In this document: one piece after another, positions 11,817 through 21,477 of the stretch
How the letters are laid out: each line of letters begins with the position of its first letter
Numbering within the stretch: the stretch's first letter is position 1
Source: an uncultured cyanobacterium
GTDB taxonomy: Bacteria > Cyanobacteriota > Cyanobacteriia > Cyanobacteriales > CAWCAG01
Reading direction: 5' to 3'
Assembly: GCA_963803805.1 (NCBI GenBank)
Contig: CAWDOD010000006.1
Location: 128,001-192,000 of the forward strand
Length of the DNA: 64,000 bases
Position numbers and translations under genes: made by a program
The notes under the pieces: model-generated
Databases searched by the model: none
What the model was told of the DNA's origin: nothing
Seen by the model: only the letters and a program-made list of their open reading frames with translations

Positions 11817-13034
11817 TTAGGGTTTTGCTGAGTCTTTTATCGTGCCAAAACCGATATATTTCTCCAATAAAGTTAGTAACTCACTTTTACCGAAAGGTTT
11901 AGTTAAGTAATCCGTTGACCCTACCATCCGCGCTCTAACTCGGTCAATAAAACCTTCTTTTCCTGTCAGCATAATAATTGGTGTTTGTCTGAAAGCAGTG
12001 GATTTACGCAACATTGCACAAATTTCGTAACCATCTAATTCTGGCATGGCAATATCGCACAAAATCAAGTTGGGTTTGACTTGAAAAGCGATACTAAGAG
12101 CTTGAATAGGATTATTAGTGATAGTTGATTGTAAACTTTGAGCTTTTAGAATCTGCTCAATAGTTTTGCCTACAGTTAGATCATCGTCAATACAAAGAAT
12201 ATGAGGAGCTTTACAAGAGTCGTCCTTATTAGTATTTGCTGGAGTAGTATCTGAAGTATCCAAACTATTTAGCTGTACCCAGCCCTTTTTGACATAGGGA
12301 TAAATTGCTTTAGCAATAGTAAGGATATCTCTGTTAAGGTAGCGAGAAATCTTGCGTAAGGTGGTTTTCCCATCGGCCAAGTGACCCAAATTTTGGTAAG
12401 TTGCTTGGGGTAGAGCTTCTTTTAAGGAGGGCTTGGCTGTAATGATTGGACATTGATCCGGGGATTGGATATGGGGATGAAACTGTTTCCACTGCTGTAC
12501 TTGTTTTATAACCGTCTTGATTAAAGGAGCAGTTTCTAGAGTTGTCAGTTGAGGTGCTAAGGCAGGACCAGTTTCAAAGACAAAAGAACCTTGATGAAGA
12601 CTTAAAAGATCAAAAAGGGTTTCTTGGGCGATGTGGCGAATAATACTACGGCCCTGGGCAGGGGAGAGAACGTGATTTTCTAAAAGTAACCAAAGACAAG
12701 CGTACTCTGGAGCGTTGTTTGAAGCTATAGATTGGCTATATTCTTGCAAAGGGAGACTCTTTTCAACCTTGTAACGATGCAAATAATCTCGCAAGCGTAA
12801 CAAACCGCCACTACTACTATCAGCCCCATAGGTGATTTGTCCATTTAAGAAAAAAACAAACCAAAAGGGGCGGGCTAATTTGAATTTACTTACCAGTAAA
12901 GGCTCAGCGCCATCAGTGGTTTGAGGACAAGGAGAAGAGTTGTAAGTTTCTACAAATAACTCCCCTGTCCGCTGACCTAGTTCGATCAGTTGCAGTATGC
13001 TACGAATATCAATTTCACTTAAAGTTCCCTGCAT
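11817..13034 (-). CDS. pilG: PatA-family response regulator PilG/HmpA (PATAN + receiver)
   Basis: N-terminus MQGTLSEIDIRSILQLIELGQRTGEL; C-terminal receiver domain (CDIAMP, TKPF). Confidence 0.85.
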   Translation of the reverse strand: MQGTLSEIDIRSILQLIELGQRTGELFVETYNSSPCPQTTDGAEPLLVSKFKLARPFWFVFFLNGQITYGADSSSGGLLRLRDYLHRYKVEKSLPLQEYSQSIASNNAPEYACLWLLLENHVLSPAQGRSIIRHIAQETLFDLLSLHQGSFVFETGPALAPQLTTLETAPLIKTVIKQVQQWKQFHPHIQSPDQCPIITAKPSLKEALPQATYQNLGHLADGKTTLRKISRYLNRDILTIAKAIYPYVKKGWVQLNSLDTSDTTPANTNKDDSCKAPHILCIDDDLTVGKTIEQILKAQSLQSTITNNPIQALSIAFQVKPNLILCDIAMPELDGYEICAMLRKSTAFRQTPIIMLTGKEGFIDRVRARMVGSTDYLTKPFGKSELLTLLEKYIGFGTIKDSAKP

Positions 13035-13401
13035 ATAGGAAAAGTCTGCTCCTTGAAGAGTGAAAAAGTGCTAAATTTACAGTGCAATTTATATATCAAA
13101 ATAAATGAAGCAATTTTGAAGTTAAGTCTTGGATCTTAGCCAATTACTTACCAGAAAAGTCAAATACTAACACCAATTTTGCCTACCATATGTTATTTAG
13201 TTTAGTTTAAGGTCTTGTCCGAGAACAGCAAGGAAAGTCTAGAATGACATCTAAAATCAAGTAACTTTTTGTAAAACTTGACTATTTATAGCTAGTGTCA
13301 TAACTAAAATTCCGTAGTTGAATTAGACTAAATAAATTATCAAAGGACAGTTTTCCTTTCAAGTAATTTAACGCACAACAAGTATCGAGAGGAACATCAG
13401 C

Positions 13402-15174
13402 GTGCTGTATCTTGCAGAAGTTAAAAAGCAAAAAGGCGGGTTCATGGGAGGAGCCAAGACTGAACTCAAGCTCTTAGCTTGTCAGCGCAAGGATATTTGG
13501 AGCGCTGTAGCCGGTGAAGAACTGGTTCCTGCCGAAGAAGCCGGTAACTTTAATGAAGGGGCTTTAATTGTCCTTGAACTAGGAAACAATAAGCAAATTC
13601 AAGGTAATATTGAACCAGCCGGACCAAGGATTATTTCCTTGATGCAACAGTTTGGTCGTCTTCTTGAAAAATCTTCAGACCAAGAAAAAGAAATTGAGGA
13701 GTGGCGAGAATCTTTACAAGCTCAAATGGAAGCGATCCAACAAAAGGAAGAGGAAATGTATACTCAGTTGGATCAAATTGATGAGGCTAAAGAGGATTTA
13801 GAGCGTTTAGAAGCGCAAAAAGAAGAAGTTGAAAAAGCTAGGCAAGAATCTGAACAGTACAAGGAAGAAGCAGACAAACTAAGAGAAGAATTTGAGCGCA
13901 AAAGCCAAGAGCTTGAAGGTGCTTGGGAACATCTACGGGGAGAACAGCGCAAGCTAGAAGATTTGCAAAATGAAGTTCAGCCTGCTGGAGTTGGTTTAGA
14001 GGAAGAACAAGCAGGGAGAATGAAAGAGTTGGTAGAATATCTTTCGTCTACGGTGATTCCCATAGAATCTTTGCAGGAAGATTTAAACCAAGTCCTCGAA
14101 GTTGCTAACGAGCAACAAACTAATTTCGGCAATCACTGGCAAAGCTTAGAACAGCAAAGAGGAGAGGTTCAGCAAAAGCAAGAGGAAATAGACCAAAAGC
14201 AAGAAGAAATTCGTAACAAGCAACAGGAGTTTCAGGAACTACTGGTGAAATTAGAGGATAAAAAGCAGGCTTTCCTAGCTCAGCAAAAGATATTGGAGAG
14301 AAAGGAAGAATCGCTGACGAGGCTTAAAAATCAACTCCAGAGCCAAGAAGAACTTTATACTCAACTTTCCAAACTGGCCCAGGGGGAAGTTGTAGAATCT
14401 GAGGAGCAAGGGATAAATATTGAAGAATTGGAAAATAAGCCTATTGAAGAGCTACAAGCAATAGTCGATGAGCTACAGCAAGATTTTGATCGCCGGGAAA
14501 GAGGGGTTCAAGATCAAGAAGAAGAGCTAAAATTACAGCGTCAAGACGTAGAACAATTACAAGACAAACTTGAAGCAGCTAATGCTCTTGATAAGACAGC
14601 TATAGAAGAAGAACTAGCTGATGCTCAAGAAGCAAAAAAAATGCTAGACGAGAGCTTTGTGGGAACATTACGCAATCTTAAGGAGCGAGAATCTGTTTTA
14701 AATAAACATATTAAGGTTTTGCGTCGTCGCCAAGGAATTATGGATAATGAGGCAGGAGAGCAAAATATCGATTTGCAACCTGTTTTAAGTAAGCTTGAAA
14801 AGCAAAAACAGGAGCAGCAACAAGAACTACAGGCTCTTGAAGAAGAAATGCAGCTTGTTGAGACTGGGACACAACAACTAGAAGAAGAAGTTAAGCAACT
14901 AACAGAAGATAAGCAAGCACAACAAGCAAGCTTGCAAGAATTAGAATCTGTTTTTGGGCAAGAGCAAATAGCTTTAGCTCAGCTTGGGGGTAAACTTAGC
15001 CTTTATGAAGAAGCTTTACAACCTTTTCAAGATAACCTTGATCGTACCAAAGAAAAATTAGAAAGTATTTCTGAGTTAGTTACCCAATTCCAACAAACGG
15101 GAGAATATCAACTCCAGGCTGTTGGCGATTTACGTCAAATTATTGAAGATTTGGGTGGAACGAACCAACAATGA
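13402..15174 (+). CDS. hmpF: Coiled-coil pilus motility/taxis protein HmpF
   Basis: N-terminus MLYLAEVKKQKGGFMGGAKTELKLLACQR, long E/Q-rich coiled coil, divergent from the pil/hmp operon. Confidence 0.82.
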   Translation: MLYLAEVKKQKGGFMGGAKTELKLLACQRKDIWSAVAGEELVPAEEAGNFNEGALIVLELGNNKQIQGNIEPAGPRIISLMQQFGRLLEKSSDQEKEIEEWRESLQAQMEAIQQKEEEMYTQLDQIDEAKEDLERLEAQKEEVEKARQESEQYKEEADKLREEFERKSQELEGAWEHLRGEQRKLEDLQNEVQPAGVGLEEEQAGRMKELVEYLSSTVIPIESLQEDLNQVLEVANEQQTNFGNHWQSLEQQRGEVQQKQEEIDQKQEEIRNKQQEFQELLVKLEDKKQAFLAQQKILERKEESLTRLKNQLQSQEELYTQLSKLAQGEVVESEEQGINIEELENKPIEELQAIVDELQQDFDRRERGVQDQEEELKLQRQDVEQLQDKLEAANALDKTAIEEELADAQEAKKMLDESFVGTLRNLKERESVLNKHIKVLRRRQGIMDNEAGEQNIDLQPVLSKLEKQKQEQQQELQALEEEMQLVETGTQQLEEEVKQLTEDKQAQQASLQELESVFGQEQIALAQLGGKLSLYEEALQPFQDNLDRTKEKLESISELVTQFQQTGEYQLQAVGDLRQIIEDLGGTNQQ

Positions 15175-15208
15175 ATCAATGTTTAATAATAAATAAATGG
15201 TATAAACT

Positions 15209-15598
15209 GTGACAACTGCTGAATTTTCTGCTGCCAAAAAACAAACTATCAAACTCAAACCTAGCTACGTCTTGCCTTTAGTGCTGACATTGGGTTCAAT
15301 TCCTTTACTACTAGTCCAACCTTGGGTCGCAGGAGCAATTTCGCTGTTTGGACTTTTTCTGCTTTTTCAAACAGTTACCATTAACTTACAGTTTACCGCC
15401 ACCGCATTAGAAGTATATCGCTCAGAAAAGCTAATTCGCTCTTTTCCTTACTCAGAGTGGCAAAATTGGCGTATTTTCTGGACTAGAGTCCCGATTTTGT
15501 TTTATTTCAAAGAAGTTAATAGTATTCATTTTTTGCCGATTATCTTTGATCCTAAAACTCTCAAAGCTTGCCTTGAAAAACACTGTCCCAGAAACTAG
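15209..15598 (+). CDS. DUF3119 family protein
   Basis: WQNWRIFW...ILFYFKEVNSIHFLPIIFD; recalled synteny with DUF3086 and plsY. Confidence 0.82.
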   Translation: MTTAEFSAAKKQTIKLKPSYVLPLVLTLGSIPLLLVQPWVAGAISLFGLFLLFQTVTINLQFTATALEVYRSEKLIRSFPYSEWQNWRIFWTRVPILFYFKEVNSIHFLPIIFDPKTLKACLEKHCPRN

Positions 15599-15617
15599 TC
15601 TAACTATTTTTAACTAA

Positions 15618-16772
15618 ATGAATTCAGACGAATCTCAAGTCCCAGAAACCGGAAAAGATGTTCCTCAAACCTCTGATAAGTTAGAGGCTCTTTTGATAGA
15701 ACCGAAACCAGAAGAGCAAGGGCAAGAAGGAAAGATAGAGCAAAGTGATCCTCAGCAAGATTCTCAAGTTACTGAAGCGGTTAATTCAGAAGTAGATGTA
15801 GATGATCTCAGCCAAGCAGTAATAGAATTACAACAACAAAAACAGTCCTTAGAGCAAGAAATTATTAGCCTCCAAGAGCAGAAGAATCAGTTAATCGCAG
15901 AGCAAACAGCAGCAGTAAAAGCTGATTTAGGGCAGATTGTTAAAGATGGTTTAAAGGAATTGCAAAAGCGACAACAAGCACTACAAGTTAATGTAGAACA
16001 GCTAGAACGTCGCCGCGATCGCATCAGAGAAGAAATGCGTACGACTTTTGCTGGTGTTTCTCAAGATTTAGCTGTTAGGGTACAGGGTTTTAAAGATTAT
16101 CTAGTGGGCAGTTTACAAGATTTGACCGTAGCAGCAGAACAATTAGAACTGTCAGGGTATGATGAGTGGGAAACGGCTCCGCAGCCTGAAATCACAAGAG
16201 CTAAAGAATCTCAAATAGAGCCTCAGTTTGCTGAACAAACTTTCCAGGATCGAGTAAGACAGATTCGTGAGATTCTTGATCAATACCGTACTGTCCCCGA
16301 TTATTATGGCCCTCCTTGGCAACTCCGCCGCACTTTTGAACCCATTCATGCTGAAAGGGTTCGGGGTTGGTTTTTTACCCAAGGAGGTAGAGGGGCAATC
16401 AAATCTATGGGCAGTCGGTTACAGAATATTTTAATTGCTTCAGCGATAATGTCTGTATTGAAAAAACTATACGGTAATCGCTCCCGTACTTTGGTTTTAG
16501 CTAATACTCCAGAAAGGTTAGGAGAATGGCGACGCAGCTTACAAGACTGCTTAGGCATTTCCCGAAGCGATTTTGGTCCGGAGAGGGGAGTTACTCTTTT
16601 TGAGTCTCCTGATGCCCTTGTAATGAAGGCTGAGCGACTTTTGGATGATAAATTTTTGCCCTTGATTATTATTGATGAAACAGAAGAGCAAATCGATTTA
16701 TCTTTACTTCAGTTTCCTCTTTGGCTAGCTTTTGCCCCAGAACCTCAGCAAAATTCAAGTTATATGTATTAA
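15618..16772 (+). CDS. DUF3086 family protein
   Basis: Coiled coil followed by PDYYGPPWQLRRTFEP and LLQFPLWLAFAP. Confidence 0.82.
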   Translation: MNSDESQVPETGKDVPQTSDKLEALLIEPKPEEQGQEGKIEQSDPQQDSQVTEAVNSEVDVDDLSQAVIELQQQKQSLEQEIISLQEQKNQLIAEQTAAVKADLGQIVKDGLKELQKRQQALQVNVEQLERRRDRIREEMRTTFAGVSQDLAVRVQGFKDYLVGSLQDLTVAAEQLELSGYDEWETAPQPEITRAKESQIEPQFAEQTFQDRVRQIREILDQYRTVPDYYGPPWQLRRTFEPIHAERVRGWFFTQGGRGAIKSMGSRLQNILIASAIMSVLKKLYGNRSRTLVLANTPERLGEWRRSLQDCLGISRSDFGPERGVTLFESPDALVMKAERLLDDKFLPLIIIDETEEQIDLSLLQFPLWLAFAPEPQQNSSYMY

Positions 16773-16851
16773 TAATGCTAATGGCTAATTGCTAATGGCT
16801 AATTGCTTTAAACTTTTGGTAATTTACCATTAGACTTGACCTGGAAAACAG

Positions 16852-17511
16852 GTGTGTGATATGCCCGACAGTTTATCTTTATTAATAAGTTTAATATTCG
16901 TCATCTTTGCTTACTTGTTAGGTTCTCTTCCCAATGGCTATTTGTTGGGACGCTATTTAGAAGGAATTGATATTCGTGAACATGGTTCCGGTTCTACTGG
17001 GGCCACTAATGTTTTTAGAACTTTAGGTAAAAAGGCTGGTATAGCTGTATTAATAGCTGATTTGCTCAAAGGAGTTGTTGCGGTGGGGGCAGTGAAAGGA
17101 TTTTTTGCTTTTACTGCTCAATCCTTTCTTCCTTTAAACTGGGAACCCTGGTTAGTTACCTTGGCAGCGATCGCAGTAGTTGTTGGCCATAGTAAATCTA
17201 TTTGGCTCAATTTTACTGGAGGAAAATCTGTGGCTACTAGTTTAGGGGTTTTGTTAGTGATGAGTCCTATTGTTGCCTTGGGAACTGTAGCTGCCTTTGC
17301 TTTAGTGTTTGGGGTTTGGCGTATTGTTTCTCTTGGTTCTATTTGTGGGGCGATCGCGGTTAATCTATTGATGGTGGCTTTACATCAACCTCCACCTTAC
17401 ATTGTTTTTGCTGCCATCACCGGAGTTTACGTTATTTGGCGACATCAAAGTAATATCCAACGTCTGTTTGCGGGTACAGAACCAAAGTTAGGAGAAAAGT
17501 TAAGTCAGTAA
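16852..17511 (+). CDS. plsY: Glycerol-3-phosphate acyltransferase PlsY
   Basis: GSGSTGATNVFR, GHSKSIW...GGKSVATSLG, RHQSNIQRL. Confidence 0.93.
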   Translation: MCDMPDSLSLLISLIFVIFAYLLGSLPNGYLLGRYLEGIDIREHGSGSTGATNVFRTLGKKAGIAVLIADLLKGVVAVGAVKGFFAFTAQSFLPLNWEPWLVTLAAIAVVVGHSKSIWLNFTGGKSVATSLGVLLVMSPIVALGTVAAFALVFGVWRIVSLGSICGAIAVNLLMVALHQPPPYIVFAAITGVYVIWRHQSNIQRLFAGTEPKLGEKLSQ

Positions 17512-17587
17512 CTTTTGATAAACCTAGATTTCCCAATTGGTATCAGTTACTATTGGTTTGTGTATTTGTGTGGTTGAAGGCACAGGC

Positions 17588-17619
17588 GCGATTCTCCTAG
17601 GGAGACGCTTCGCGAACGC
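17588..17619. repeat. HIP1 site interrupted by a 24-nt hairpin insert (small dispersed repeat-like)
   Basis: GCGAT[TCTCCTAGGGAGACGCTTCGCGAA]CGC; removing 17593-17616 restores GCGATCGC. Confidence 0.6.
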
Positions 17620-17684
17620 GATTCCAGTGCCTTTTTTCTTGAGCAATTTTCGAGAAATAGAAGAATTGCCAATCTCTCTCATCA

Positions 17685-17731
17685 ATAATTAATAATCTAT
17701 AGTTATTGTTATAGTATTGATGTTAGTCTAT
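17685..17731. promoter_or_regulatory. Putative NdhR/CbbR-type autoregulatory boxes
   Basis: ATAA-N8-CTAT (17685-17700) and ATTG-N8-CTAT (17716-17731) upstream of the LysR gene resemble ATAG-N8-CTAT; the region is AT-rich, so chance matches are possible. Confidence 0.4.
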
Positions 17732-17827
17732 GCTGTCAGTAGTCTATCAACAAGTAGTGAGGTGATTTTTAAACCAATAACTGCTGCAAAGCTAGCACAT
17801 TTATAGCTTAGAGAGGAAGAACAATCT

Positions 17828-18757
17828 TTGATTCAGTCTACACTACATCAACTCGAAGTTTTTGAAGCTGTTGCTCGGCACGGTAGTTTTACCAGGGCAG
17901 CAGAGGAGTTATTAATAACTCAACCCACTGTCTCCAGTCAAGTTAAGCAACTCTCTAAAGCTATTGGTCTACCATTATACGAACAAATCGGTAAACAACT
18001 TTATCTTACTGAAGCAGGGAAAGAATTATTATCTACCTGTCAGCAAGTTTTTAATAAGCTAGAAAACTTTGAGATGAAAGTTGCTGATTTAAAGGGAACG
18101 AAACAGGGGCGTTTGAACTTAACGGTAGTTACCACCGCTAAATACTTTGTGCCACGCATTCTTGGTTCCTTTTGTCGAGAACATCCAGGCATTGATGTCT
18201 CCCTTCAGGTGATTAATCACCAGCAAATTCAAGAGCGAATGACTCATAATAAAGACGATCTCTATATTATGAGTCAACCTCCTCAAGAAGTGGATCTTTA
18301 TGCCCAGCCCTTCTTAGCTAATCCTTTGGTAGTTTTGGCTCCGGCAGATCATCCTTTAGCTAAAGAAAAGACTATTCCCCTCAAATCTCTCAACAACGAG
18401 TCTTTTATTATGAGGGAACCTGGTTCGGGTACTCGCCAAGCAGTGCAACAAGTATTTACCAAACATAAAATCATGGTTAGGGTTCGTTTGGAATTAGGGA
18501 GCAATGAAGCGATTAAACAAGCAGTGGTGGGTGGTTTAGGGATTTCTGTCCTCTCGCAACATAGCCTTGCTACAGAAATTTCTACTGGAGAATTAGCAAT
18601 TTTAGATGTGGAACATTTTCCTCTGCAACATCGTTGGTATGTTACCTATTTAGCTGGTAAAAAGCTTTCTGTGGTGGCAGAAACCTTTTTAGAGTATTTA
18701 TTGCAAGAAAGCAAAAAGTTTTCTTTAGAAAAAACTCCAGAACTGTTACAAGCGTAA
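17828..18757 (+). CDS. ndhR: LysR/CbbR-family regulator NdhR (CcmR)-like
   Basis: TLHQLEVFEAVARHGSFTRAAEELLITQPTVSSQVKQL HTH; VADLKGTKQGRL; MREPGSGTR; LGSNEAIKQ. Confidence 0.75.
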   Translation: MIQSTLHQLEVFEAVARHGSFTRAAEELLITQPTVSSQVKQLSKAIGLPLYEQIGKQLYLTEAGKELLSTCQQVFNKLENFEMKVADLKGTKQGRLNLTVVTTAKYFVPRILGSFCREHPGIDVSLQVINHQQIQERMTHNKDDLYIMSQPPQEVDLYAQPFLANPLVVLAPADHPLAKEKTIPLKSLNNESFIMREPGSGTRQAVQQVFTKHKIMVRVRLELGSNEAIKQAVVGGLGISVLSQHSLATEISTGELAILDVEHFPLQHRWYVTYLAGKKLSVVAETFLEYLLQESKKFSLEKTPELLQA

Positions 18758-19005
18758 TATTAAGATCTCACCTTTACAAAGCTGCTAATATTGTGGTTTG
18801 AGGGGTCGCTTAGCGTTGCCGTAAGGCTATAGGGAATAGTCCCTCTTCCAATGTCAATCTTGCTTTTAGAACTTTCCCTATTCAATCCTCACCCCTTTTA
18901 TTCTCTTATCCGTAGCAAACATTTGCCTATTTCATATAAACATCATTTTTGTAGGGGGTGAGGAATTAAATTATCATGGAAGTACTGTAGTAAGCCTCAT
19001 AATTT

Positions 19006-20856
19006 ATGGTTAGTCAACTAACGAAGTCTCAATCAGAGAATAGTCAATCCGTAGGAGATCCTCAAAAGCTAGAGCGCATTCGTCACACTTGCGCCCACGT
19101 TCTTGCTATGGCTGTACAAAATCTCTTTCCAGAAACTAAAGTTACTATAGGCCCTACTACAGCTACAGGTTTTTACTACGATTTTGATCGCCAGGAACCT
19201 TTCACTCCTGAAGATTTACAGCGTATTTCTGCTCGGATGCGTAAGCTTATTAAAGCTAACTTGCCAGTTATTCGGCAAGAAGTTAGTCGCGAAGAGATGA
19301 AAGCAGAAATTGATAAATTAGCAGAACCCTACAAGCAAGAAATTCTTGATGGTATTCCTTCAGGAGATGTGATTACTCGTTATTTTATCGGTGATCCTGA
19401 TGCTGATGAGAAAACGAAGAAATACTATAAAAAGCTGAAGTTACCTCCAGAAGGTTATTGGTGGGATCTTTGTGCTGGGCCTCATTTAACCTTGACTGGA
19501 GAGGTTGATCCTAATGCTTTTGTCCTAGAAAGTGTTGCGGGTGCTTATTGGCGCGGTGATGAGAAAAAAGCGCAATTACAACGAATTTATGGCACTGCTT
19601 GGGAAACCCCGGAACAGTTACAGGCATATTTAAAACAGAAAGAAGAAGCTTTACGGCGAGATCATCGTAAGTTAGGACAACAGCTTAAACTATTTAGCAT
19701 TCAAGAAGATGCTGGTGGTGGTTTGGTTTTTTGGCATCCTCGTGGGGCAACTATACGTCGTCTGATCGAAGATTATTGGCGCAATGCTCATGTGAAAGGT
19801 GGTTATGATTTACTTTATACTCCCCATATCGCCAACTTAAATCTGTGGAAAACTTCAGGACACGTTGATTTTTATCGAGAGAGTATGTTTGACTCGATGG
19901 AAATTGAGGAACAGGCTTATCAAATTAAGCCGATGAATTGTCCTTTCCATATTCTCACCTATAAAAATGAGCTACATTCCTATCGGGAATTGCCCCTAAG
20001 ATGGGCAGAATTAGGGACGGTTTACCGTTATGAACGTTCTGGCACTCTCCACGGTTTGATGCGAGTACGGGGCTTTACCCAAGATGATGCTCATATTTTC
20101 TGCTTGCCAGAACAAATGTCTGTAGAGATTCTGGGAGTGTTGAATTTGATGGAGAAGATGCTTTCGGATTTTGGCTTTGATAAGTACGAAGTTAATCTTT
20201 CTACCCGCCCAGAAAAATATGTTGGGGAAGATGAAGTTTGGGATCTGGCTACCGAGGCTTTGAAAGATGCCCTTAATACCAAAGGTTGGGAATATTTGAT
20301 TGATGAAGGTGGTGGGGCTTTCTACGGGCCAAAAATTGATATCAAAATCGAGGATGCTATTGGCAGGATGTGGCAATGTTCCACTATCCAAGTAGATTTT
20401 AACTTGCCGGAACGCTTTCAAATGGAATATGTGGCTGCTGATGGTACAAGGAAGCAACCAATTATGATTCACCGGGCTATTTTTGGTTCTTTAGAGCGCT
20501 TTTTTGGTATTTTAATTGAAAACTATACGGGGGATTTCCCTTTGTGGTTAGCACCTGTGCAGTTACGTTTGTTACCTGTAAGTGATGTACATAGAGATTA
20601 TGCCAAGTCTGTAGCCGGGAAGTTATCACAAGCTGGTTATCGGGTTGAAGTGGATGCTAGTGGAGAACGTTTGGGTAAGCAGATTCGCAATGGTGAGTTG
20701 GAGAAAATCCCCTTGGTGGCCATTGTTGGCGATCGCGAGGTAGAAAACAATAGTCTCAGTATTCGCACTAGGCAAGCTGGGGATATTGGTTCTTTGACTT
20801 TAGAAGAGTTAAAAGAGCGTATGGAAGAGGTGATCGCTAACAAAGAGCAAATTTAA
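19006..20856 (+). CDS. thrS: Threonine-tRNA ligase
   Basis: RIRHTCAH, DLCAGPH, KPMNCPFH, RVRGFTQDDAH, GAFYGPKID, IHRAIFGSLERF. Confidence 0.97.
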   Translation: MVSQLTKSQSENSQSVGDPQKLERIRHTCAHVLAMAVQNLFPETKVTIGPTTATGFYYDFDRQEPFTPEDLQRISARMRKLIKANLPVIRQEVSREEMKAEIDKLAEPYKQEILDGIPSGDVITRYFIGDPDADEKTKKYYKKLKLPPEGYWWDLCAGPHLTLTGEVDPNAFVLESVAGAYWRGDEKKAQLQRIYGTAWETPEQLQAYLKQKEEALRRDHRKLGQQLKLFSIQEDAGGGLVFWHPRGATIRRLIEDYWRNAHVKGGYDLLYTPHIANLNLWKTSGHVDFYRESMFDSMEIEEQAYQIKPMNCPFHILTYKNELHSYRELPLRWAELGTVYRYERSGTLHGLMRVRGFTQDDAHIFCLPEQMSVEILGVLNLMEKMLSDFGFDKYEVNLSTRPEKYVGEDEVWDLATEALKDALNTKGWEYLIDEGGGAFYGPKIDIKIEDAIGRMWQCSTIQVDFNLPERFQMEYVAADGTRKQPIMIHRAIFGSLERFFGILIENYTGDFPLWLAPVQLRLLPVSDVHRDYAKSVAGKLSQAGYRVEVDASGERLGKQIRNGELEKIPLVAIVGDREVENNSLSIRTRQAGDIGSLTLEELKERMEEVIANKEQI

Positions 20857-20857
20857 C

Positions 20858-20893
20858 TTTTAAGAATCCCTTGTTCAAGGGATTCTTAAAAAA
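20858..20893 (+). terminator. Near-perfect palindrome after thrS, probable bidirectional terminator
   Basis: TTTTAAGAATCCCTTG-TT-CAAGGGATTCTTAAAA directly after the stop codon. Confidence 0.7.
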
Positions 20894-20918
20894 TATCAGG
20901 GTTATTTTAAAAATTTAT

Positions 20919-20992
20919 TGATAATAATGTTCAACAAACCATGAATATGGCTTACACTAACAAAAAGCTTATTGCTAATAATTGTTATTAAT
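20919..20992. promoter_or_regulatory. Putative Fur/Zur-family boxes upstream of the feoA-like gene
   Basis: TGATAATAATGTTCA (20919-20933) resembles TGATAATnATTATCA; a second AT-rich dyad ATTGCTAATAATTGTTATTAAT lies at 20971-20992. Confidence 0.5.
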
Positions 20993-20997
20993 TTTTT

Positions 20998-21333
20998 TTG
21001 CAGATGTTTTCTAATTTAGCCTTAAGAAAGACTAGTGAAAGCCAGCTCCTCCTGGGGAGAAAACCTTTGACATTGCCAAATCAGATCATGGAAAAAATAT
21101 CAACACACCTGCGAGATATGGAAGTAGGTTCTGTGGTTACGATAGTTGGTTATGACCAAGCCTACGGAGGTTATAAAGGGAAACTAACTTCAATCGGCTT
21201 AACTCCGAATACAGAGTTGATTTTACTCCATCTTGGCTTTCCTGATGCTCCTATTGAGGTTAAGGTTGGTAATTCTCGTTTAAGCCTTTCGCAACAAGAG
21301 GCGGATGCGCTTTTGGTTGAAGAAGCAGAATAA
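20998..21333 (+). CDS. feoA: FeoA-domain (SH3-like) protein; start may be ATG 21088 or 21004
   Basis: LRDMEVGSVVTIVG...KLTSIGLTPNTEL...PIEVKVGNSRLSLSQQEADALLVE. Confidence 0.8.
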   Translation: MQMFSNLALRKTSESQLLLGRKPLTLPNQIMEKISTHLRDMEVGSVVTIVGYDQAYGGYKGKLTSIGLTPNTELILLHLGFPDAPIEVKVGNSRLSLSQQEADALLVEEAE

Positions 21334-21477
21334 AACCTTCAAACCTTGTTCTCTTAAGTAAACTCCACGGTTAAGCTGTTCGGTTTCCCGATCACTGCAC
21401 CACCTCCTTTTCTAGTCTTTCTTAAGATAGATTAAGAAGTATCTAGAGATACCAAAATTCGTTAAAGTTTTATCTAG

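Noticed and set aside
18813-18830. Second HIP1-inserted mini-element (GCGTTGCCGTAAGGCTAT)
   Set aside because: A short hairpin is present, but the flanks do not restore a full GCGATCGC.
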